A stretch of DNA of 63,225 nt from Chlamydiia bacterium (GTDB lineage: Bacteria; Chlamydiota; Chlamydiia; Chlamydiales; RGXB01). The stretch is from NCBI GenBank assembly GCA_040382515.1, contig JBEIFH010000006.1, forward strand, positions 1-63,225, in the 5' to 3' direction. A program made the position numbers and the translations under genes. Within the stretch, counting starts at the first letter, position 1; every line of letters begins with the position of its first letter. Positions 58,301 through 63,225 of this stretch are shown piece by piece. The notes under the pieces are model-generated. The model did not search any database. It was given only the letters and a program-made list of their open reading frames with translations, and was not told the DNA's origin.

Positions 58301-59006
58301 ACTCCTCGGGTTTTATTTGACAGGCCACCCGTTGCAGTTCTATCAGGACGCTATAGACACGATGGATGCAGCTACAATCGACGAAGTTTTGCAGGCGCAA
58401 CAGAGCACTGTTCTCATCGTCCCCCTGGTCGTGGAAGATCTTGAGTTTAGATTGTCTCAAAAAACGCAAAAGAAATTTGCGGTTTTGAAAGCATCGGACC
58501 AAAGTGGTATGTTGGAATTACTTGCCTGGAGCGATATCATGGAGACGAAAGGGTCCCTCTTAAAGGAGAACTCCCTTCTTGTTGCATTGATAGAAATCGA
58601 AAAAAAGGGGGCTGAACAAAGAACACTATTGAAAGATTTATACTCCTTTGAGAGTGTTAAGATCCAAGAGATGCTGGAAAACCGCGATAGGCTTCGGGCA
58701 TCACAAAAAAGCTTTTTACAAAAAAAGGCGCAACAAGAGAATCGGGGGAATGCGATGAAGGGGAAAGAAGAAAAAAAAGAGCCTCTATTAAAATTGCAAC
58801 TTAATGAGGCAGAAATGGGGCACCAGGCTGTCGTCCATTTAAAAAAATTATTTTCTAGCTCTGCTGGGAAATCGCCCGTAAGAATCCGTATAGGCCCGAC
58901 TACTTTGCAGATTGACGAGAGTTTTGGTGTCAAAATCACTCCGGAGTTGCTAAACGATCTAAAAACGCTGAAATATGTAGAGAGTGTTGAGCACGGGGAA
59001 GGTTAA
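55311..59006 (+). CDS. dnaE: DNA polymerase III subunit alpha
   Basis: GPGRGSGAGS, FERFINPER, PDIDVD, HAAG, KIDFLGL, ALYRPGP, YGFNKSHAAAY; no intein seen. Confidence 0.97.
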   Translation: MWISLTNHSGYSILSSQASIEELVKFACTEKMGALALTDSCNLYGAVDFYKECKKKGLKPLIGMEAMLASTSRFDKRRGGDVFATPLYLIAKNKVGYQNLCALSSLGYIEGFYYTPRIDKELIEKHHEGLICLIGSHASYLADLALKEDDTSFFQELDWWQVLFGADLYLQVERHKMEPSDLVALGFDKEQWLLQLHNELAQKQELLIEKYKQVSKQRHIPLVATNNVQFMHKKDYKAHEILMNIQSAETVEILEKDASGVVRRRYPNPKRRVLPSHQYYFKTSAEMQELFRDLPDAIKATQKLADSVDMSMDFDTRYYPVFIPPDLEGKVYTDAERSKAAEDFLRKLCSEGVAKRYNHERLEEVRKVYPQEDPLEVVLKRLDYELSIISTKGMCDYLLIVYDFIYWAKTQGIPMGPGRGSGAGSIILYLIGITDIEPLRFHLFFERFINPERLSYPDIDVDICMDRRQEVIDYTIQKYGKDRVAQIITFGTMKAKMAVKDVGRVLSVPLSKVNLIAKLIPDDLQITLQKALEVEPELRELAQKDAEVAKVLEMAQALEGSIRNTGIHAAGLIISAKPLVETIPVCTAKDSQMLATQYAMKPVEAVGMLKIDFLGLKTLTSIQKACDSVKEIHKIEIDWVNLPLNDKNTFDLLNQGKTSGIFQLESQGMQDLARQLHIDKFEEIIAVGALYRPGPMEMIPTFIQRKHGREKIEFDHPSMKDILKETYGIMVYQEQVMQIASKLAGYSLGEGDVLRRAMGKKDAQEMARQRDKFRLGALENKIPESQSMAIFDKVEKFASYGFNKSHAAAYGFLSYVTAYLKANYPAHWMAALMTCDMADISKVAKHSAECKTMGIAVLPPSINDSEQYFTPTSQGIRFALGGIKGIGEGVVQTIIETRRKEGSFKGLSDFVQKNDVKKIGKKTIETLIEAGCFDDFSSSRRALIAQIGDLFDASVRIQKEKTKGYLSFFEDGEQDPETTVALSSDELPLERLFKERELLGFYLTGHPLQFYQDAIDTMDAATIDEVLQAQQSTVLIVPLVVEDLEFRLSQKTQKKFAVLKASDQSGMLELLAWSDIMETKGSLLKENSLLVALIEIEKKGAEQRTLLKDLYSFESVKIQEMLENRDRLRASQKSFLQKKAQQENRGNAMKGKEEKKEPLLKLQLNEAEMGHQAVVHLKKLFSSSAGKSPVRIRIGPTTLQIDESFGVKITPELLNDLKTLKYVESVEHGEG

Positions 59007-59128
59007 TGGCAAAAAGTCTAAGAACCCTAGGCTTAGTATTTAAAAAATTGTTTGTAAAATCCTTAAATCTCTGAAAAATTCTATTAGTGGTTGCGAGGTT
59101 ATATTTTGAACTGTTATACTTTTTTTGT

Positions 59129-60139
59129 ATGAAGGCTGTAGTTCTATTTTCGATTATTATTTTACCGTTTTTGAGTATCGAGGGAAAGACCCAAAAGGAC
59201 CCTTTCGAGCAGCTTTATAGCCAGCTTCAAGAGGCGCTTGATAAGCAAAATTTAAAATCTGCAAAAAAAAGTGCAGAGGTGATTGTTGATCTCTATCAGG
59301 ATCATCCCATGTCCCCTGAGGTATATTTTCAGCTCGCAACTCTTTATTTGAAAGAGGGAGAGTATGAGGCGGCTTTTGAAGCGGCAGAACTCTACTTGAA
59401 AAAAGATGCGACCTTACGTTTCTATGAGGAGGCCTACAAAATAAAACTTGAGGTGGCCCATCGATACTCCAAAGGTTTTAAAAAGCATGTTGCCGGCTTA
59501 AGGGTGCTCCCCAAGTGGATGCCCGCACAAGAGGACGCTTTAGAAATATACGACGAAATTCAGGCAGCGGTTCCAAGATCCGATGTAGCAGCAGAAGCGC
59601 TGTATGCAAAAGGTGCTTTGCAATTGCATTTGGAGGATCACAAAGCTGCACTAGATACGTTTCAGATCTTTTTGAAAAAGTTTGCTCAACATCCTCTTGC
59701 CCCTCACGCCCACATCAAAATAGGGGATATCTACGTAATCAATACGAAGATGCAACAAAATGATGATAGTTTTCTGGCTTTGGAGCGTCTCAACTTTCAG
59801 CGTTTTAAGGATAATTTTCCATCTGATCCAAGATTAAGAGTAGCCGAAGGGCAGATCAAAGCTATTGAAGAGACCCTGGCGCTCGGGATGTTTGAGATAG
59901 CAGCTTATTATAAGCGGACAAAGCGTTATGACGCGGCATTGCTTTACTACACTCAGGTTATCCAAACGTACCCGAAGTCTGTAGTTGCCCATAAGGCAGT
60001 GAATACAGTACAGTACATACGTGAAAAACATGCCGATCTTAGAGATAAATATCCTGTGGAGGACCTTGAGATCATCGTTGATGTTATTGAAGAGCTTCCT
60101 GATATTATCCACGATCAAACAGATCAAAAAGTCCATTAA
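59129..60139 (+). CDS. TPR protein, BamD/ComL-like outer membrane assembly factor
   Basis: Signal peptide; TPR-like helices (A..F..F..FP.HP.A, IA.YY......AA..YY....YP.S). Confidence 0.7.
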   Translation: MKAVVLFSIIILPFLSIEGKTQKDPFEQLYSQLQEALDKQNLKSAKKSAEVIVDLYQDHPMSPEVYFQLATLYLKEGEYEAAFEAAELYLKKDATLRFYEEAYKIKLEVAHRYSKGFKKHVAGLRVLPKWMPAQEDALEIYDEIQAAVPRSDVAAEALYAKGALQLHLEDHKAALDTFQIFLKKFAQHPLAPHAHIKIGDIYVINTKMQQNDDSFLALERLNFQRFKDNFPSDPRLRVAEGQIKAIEETLALGMFEIAAYYKRTKRYDAALLYYTQVIQTYPKSVVAHKAVNTVQYIREKHADLRDKYPVEDLEIIVDVIEELPDIIHDQTDQKVH

Positions 60140-60707
60140 ACTATTTACCTTACTTTGTTGGGTAGTTTTTTCCGGTTGCCAATATAAATTTGTTTCAGCA
60201 AAAGATCAGCCCACCCTGGAGCTCGCTTTTCGAGGGGCGTACTCATCTCCTGCGTTTCAAGATGAATTCTTACTCGAATTACAACGAAGTACCGGGTATA
60301 AAGTTGTTTCTGCAAATGGACGCTATCTTGTTGAGATAGATACGGACCGACTGAGGAAAGAGACGATCGGTTTTGTGCATGACAGAGTTCCTTTAACCGG
60401 AGCCGTAATAGATCGATTATTTCCCAATGAAGGGCGTGCCATTTTAGGGGCTAAAATCAGGATTATTGACAAACATCATTTTAACAGTATGATCTTGGAT
60501 AGAAGGCTCTTTGCGTCCTCAGATTTCGATTTTACAAATCCTAACACGCTGAGGGATACTTTTTATGAGGGTACTCCTTTGGTAGAATACTCTTTGGGTC
60601 AGTTTGACTCCGAGTATGGCGCTTTTGATATAGCCCATGAGCTGACAACTAAAAAACTTGCCAAAAAACTCGCCCTTTTTTTAGGAGGGATATGTCTCAA
60701 AAAATGA
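60081..60707 (+). CDS. Putative lipoprotein (LptE-like)
   Basis: Lipobox FSG-C followed by QYKF; C-terminal SLGQ.D..A helix; lies between the TPR gene and rsbW. Start uncertain. Confidence 0.6.
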   Translation: MLLKSFLILSTIKQIKKSIKLFTLLCWVVFSGCQYKFVSAKDQPTLELAFRGAYSSPAFQDEFLLELQRSTGYKVVSANGRYLVEIDTDRLRKETIGFVHDRVPLTGAVIDRLFPNEGRAILGAKIRIIDKHHFNSMILDRRLFASSDFDFTNPNTLRDTFYEGTPLVEYSLGQFDSEYGAFDIAHELTTKKLAKKLALFLGGICLKK

Positions 60708-61078
60708 GGATGAAAGTAACGGCCGATGTATCGCAATATCCTAAAGTACTAGACTGGATCGGAGGTGGCGTCTCCTCGTCGCAAATTCAACTTTGTGTTG
60801 AGGAGATCTTTATCAATATCTGCTCTTATGCGTATCCTGAAAAAAGGGGCGACGTTGAAATATTGCTGCAAAATATTGATGGACAGGTGGAAATAGAATT
60901 TATAGATGATGGCATCGAGTTCAATCCGCTAGAGTACAAACGTCAAAAACCTATAGATCAACCGGGTGGTTTTGGAATTTACATCGTGAACCATTTAATG
61001 GATGAGATTAGTTATGAAAGAAAAAATAATCAGAATCACTTGAGGTTGAAAAAACTAATTAAACCGGAAAAGACTTGA
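60692..61078 (+). CDS. rsbW: Anti-sigma/switch kinase RsbW (HATPase_c)
   Basis: EEIFINICSYAY, DDGIEFNP, GGFGIY, MDEISYER..N.L; GGAGG RBS. Confidence 0.88.
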   Translation: MSQKMRMKVTADVSQYPKVLDWIGGGVSSSQIQLCVEEIFINICSYAYPEKRGDVEILLQNIDGQVEIEFIDDGIEFNPLEYKRQKPIDQPGGFGIYIVNHLMDEISYERKNNQNHLRLKKLIKPEKT

Positions 61079-61121
61079 AGGATTGTCTCCACATCCTCGA
61101 TATCCTATCAGTAAGGTAACA

Positions 61122-61553
61122 CTAATACTCTTCTATCAAACGCTGTATAGCTTCTTCATTGTCCATAATTTCCTTAAGGAAGTGCCTAAGGACACGGAGA
61201 ATGTATTTTGGGGTATTGTAGATACCCGCAGTTCTGAAGACCAGCTCTAATAGAGGTGTTTCATCCTCGATGTAAGCAATCAGTGTGATGGTCTCTTTTT
61301 CTGTCTCGCCCTGCTGTGGAACGATCCAAACGGCAAACTGATGATTAAAAAGTGTTACCTTATCTTCCTCTTCAATCACATGGAAATAGTAAGGGTGCTG
61401 CTGGAGAAGATCTTGATCTTGATCCATAGAGTTTAAAAGGTTAGTATCTCGTAAAAGGGGGAGGTCTATATTTATAATGCCGTCATGGTTAAAATATGAA
61501 AGATCCGAAAAAAATTCTTCAAAGGCTTGTTCTAGCTTCCCGGGGTTTGGCAT
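61122..61553 (-). CDS. Conserved chlamydial hypothetical protein
   Basis: FHVIE..KVTLFN.QF.VWIVP..LELVF...G.YNT..ILRVL; sits between rsbW and the carboxypeptidase as in other chlamydiae. Start set at MPNP (61553). Confidence 0.75.
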   Translation of the reverse strand: MPNPGKLEQAFEEFFSDLSYFNHDGIINIDLPLLRDTNLLNSMDQDQDLLQQHPYYFHVIEEEDKVTLFNHQFAVWIVPQQGETEKETITLIAYIEDETPLLELVFRTAGIYNTPKYILRVLRHFLKEIMDNEEAIQRLIEEY

Positions 61554-62901
61554 TCCACATCCTGTCCAGATTCTTACCCTCCCCATAAATCGCCTTGTAA
61601 TTTTTTTAAATAAAAAGTTTCCTATCGTTGCTATCATCTATACGTCGGCAATAAATTCTGCGATTATAGCGCCCAAAATTCAGTCTCCAATCGCTGTTGT
61701 CTATGATTGTGATTATGACATGGTGCTGTTTTCCAAAAAGGGTGAGCATAAAATCCATCCAGCAAGCACAACAAAAATTGCAACTCTTTTGTATGCTCTA
61801 AAGTGTCGCAGGGATCTAAAAGAGCTCTTGATGGTCGTTCCCGAGTTGTTAAAGACGATGACAAAAGAGCAAAAGATCGCAAATAACTATTCCATAGTTC
61901 CCTATTTATTGGAGCCTGATGCCTATACGCTAGGTCTTTATCCAAACAGTTTTTACACTCTTGAAGACCTTTACTATGCATTGATGTTAGTTTCTGCAAA
62001 TGATGCGGCTAATGTGATCGCCTATCACCTGGGCGAGCGGTCTATAGAACAGTTTATGATTGGTCTCAACCGTTATATGGGTCAAATCGGTTGCATGGAT
62101 ACCACCTATGTGAATCCAAGCGGTTTAGAGTATCCATCGCACAGAACTACTGCTATAGATCTCTCGAAAATGTTAGCTCATGCGATTAAGCAGCCCGAAG
62201 CTCTAAAAATTTTGAGTACAGTCCATTTTAAGATCGAGTCGGGAGAGCTTATAGATAGGGAATTGAATAACTCCAACCGGTTAATCCGTCCAGACAGTGG
62301 TATGCAGTACAAATATTGTATAGGGGGAAAGACAGGTTACACAGAACATGCGGGCTACTGCTTTGTTGCTGCTGCTAAAAATGGGGAAAGATCATTGGTT
62401 GTAGCTGTTATGCAGTCCACTTCACCTCATGAGCGGTTCCTTGATGCGACAAATCTTTTTAATGCAGCTTTTAATGAAAAAAAAATCAGCAGGGTTTTTT
62501 TTAACGCTGAGGATCCCTGTTTTCAAACGACTCCTAAATATGCTACTAAACCTCTAAGCCTGCACCTGGATGAAGATCTGAGGGTTGAAACGTTCGAAAG
62601 CATCCTAGAAAACATGGAGCCGGTGATAACGCTATTTGAAAGTACTCTCCCCGTAAAAAAAGGGGATGTTTTGGGAAAAGTTGAGATCGTGACTAAAAAT
62701 GGGAAGGTTGTCGATTCAAAAAAATTATTTGCTTCAGAGGATAGGGCTCTTACCTGGATCTCATTTTGGGTGCGTTATAAGTGGAGCGTCGTCTTGGCTT
62801 TTATCTTCCTGGCGTGGAGCGCTAAATGGTTTCACCGGAAATACAGCGCTTCTAGAGCTTCTTTAAAAAGTATCTCTCAGGATCCAGGGAATAAACTTTA
62901 A
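61477..62901 (+). CDS. D-alanyl-D-alanine carboxypeptidase (S11, PBP5/6-like)
   Basis: PASTTK (SxxK), SAN (SxN), GKTG (KTG), C-terminal TM anchor. Start codon ambiguous. Confidence 0.9.
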   Translation: MPSWLKYERSEKNSSKACSSFPGFGIPHPVQILTLPINRLVIFLNKKFPIVAIIYTSAINSAIIAPKIQSPIAVVYDCDYDMVLFSKKGEHKIHPASTTKIATLLYALKCRRDLKELLMVVPELLKTMTKEQKIANNYSIVPYLLEPDAYTLGLYPNSFYTLEDLYYALMLVSANDAANVIAYHLGERSIEQFMIGLNRYMGQIGCMDTTYVNPSGLEYPSHRTTAIDLSKMLAHAIKQPEALKILSTVHFKIESGELIDRELNNSNRLIRPDSGMQYKYCIGGKTGYTEHAGYCFVAAAKNGERSLVVAVMQSTSPHERFLDATNLFNAAFNEKKISRVFFNAEDPCFQTTPKYATKPLSLHLDEDLRVETFESILENMEPVITLFESTLPVKKGDVLGKVEIVTKNGKVVDSKKLFASEDRALTWISFWVRYKWSVVLAFIFLAWSAKWFHRKYSASRASLKSISQDPGNKL

Positions 62902-63045
62902 TCAAAGTTCCTGAGGATAAAATCTTGTTAGAGTGGGCAAACAAACAATTTGCTGGCCCAGAGCTTTTTTAAAAAGCATCTCTCAGGACCCAGGTGATGA
63001 GAAAATCCTGTTAGAGTAGGCAAACAAAGATTTTGCTGGCCGAGA
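62854..63045 (+). repeat. Imperfect tandem duplication (~83-bp unit); copy 1 carries a 23-bp insert
   Basis: AGAGCTTYTTTAAAAAGYATCTCTCAGGAYCCAGG at 62854 and 62960; AAAATCYTGTTAGAGTRGGCAAACAAA..TTTGCTGGCC repeated after each. Confidence 0.85.
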
Positions 63046-63055
63046 AGTTCAATAT

Positions 63056-63223
63056 TTACTCCTCTTTGAGAGAGAAAGGGACAAATCCTTCAGGTAATGG
63101 GATGTAGATTTGTTCATCAGAGTAACCATACTTGTCTTTAAGCCTTTGAAAAAAAGTTCCGCGCTCTTTTTCGGCCATTTTTCCAACAAGCTCTCCTCGC
63201 AATTTATCAGTCATCTGACTAAA
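63056..63223 (-). CDS. C-terminal fragment of a protein running off the window end
   Basis: Open frame ..FSQMTDKLRGELVGKMAEKERGTFFQRLKDKYGYSDEQIYIPLPEGFVPFSLKEE* ending at 63056; weakly reminiscent of a SurA-like C-terminus. Confidence 0.6.
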   Translation of the reverse strand, partial: FSQMTDKLRGELVGKMAEKERGTFFQRLKDKYGYSDEQIYIPLPEGFVPFSLKEE

Positions 63224-63225
63224 AG

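Noticed and set aside
10235..61078. RsbU plus RsbW partner-switching genes as a new system
   Set aside because: Already described in chlamydiae; the genes are unlinked and of expected architecture.
910..61999. Many 60-270-aa ORFs antisense or out of frame to recognised genes (e.g. 41696-42508, 3552-4094, 9623-10126, 58457-58939)
   Set aside because: Shadow ORFs inside well-supported housekeeping genes; no motifs or RBS, atypical composition.
62854..63045. Repeat as a CRISPR array
   Set aside because: Only two long degenerate units, no unique spacers, no cas genes.

Overview
Core-genome segment of a member of the phylum Chlamydiota, most likely an environmental (non-Chlamydiaceae) lineage. 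The assignment rests on a TopA-SWIB fusion, euo, a Tlc/Npt nucleotide transporter, UhpC, RsbU/RsbW, a very long SecDF, a DUF2709-like protein and gene blocks resembling the recalled C. trachomatis order. About 50 CDSs are densely packed, mostly housekeeping, plus one tRNA-Arg(ACG) without encoded CCA. No CRISPR, IS, prophage or rRNA was seen. Main unexplained signals: (1) a ~145-nt three-hairpin, U-tract-terminated candidate sRNA or attenuator (13272-13422) between cca and (2) three tandem paralogous secreted proteins of unknown function; (3) pgsA split by a frameshift in a T9 tract; (4) an unannotated 53-aa lipoprotein; (5) an ATP-grasp-like gene coupled to a Cys-type MurA next to a KamA/EpmB radical SAM gene; (6) a cmk-plsC fusion; (7) overlapping divergent promoters, one antisense to pgk; (8) loop-deleted enolase and AhpC; (9) an ~83-bp tandem duplication at the dac 3' end. 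All calls come from reading motifs by eye; no searches were run.
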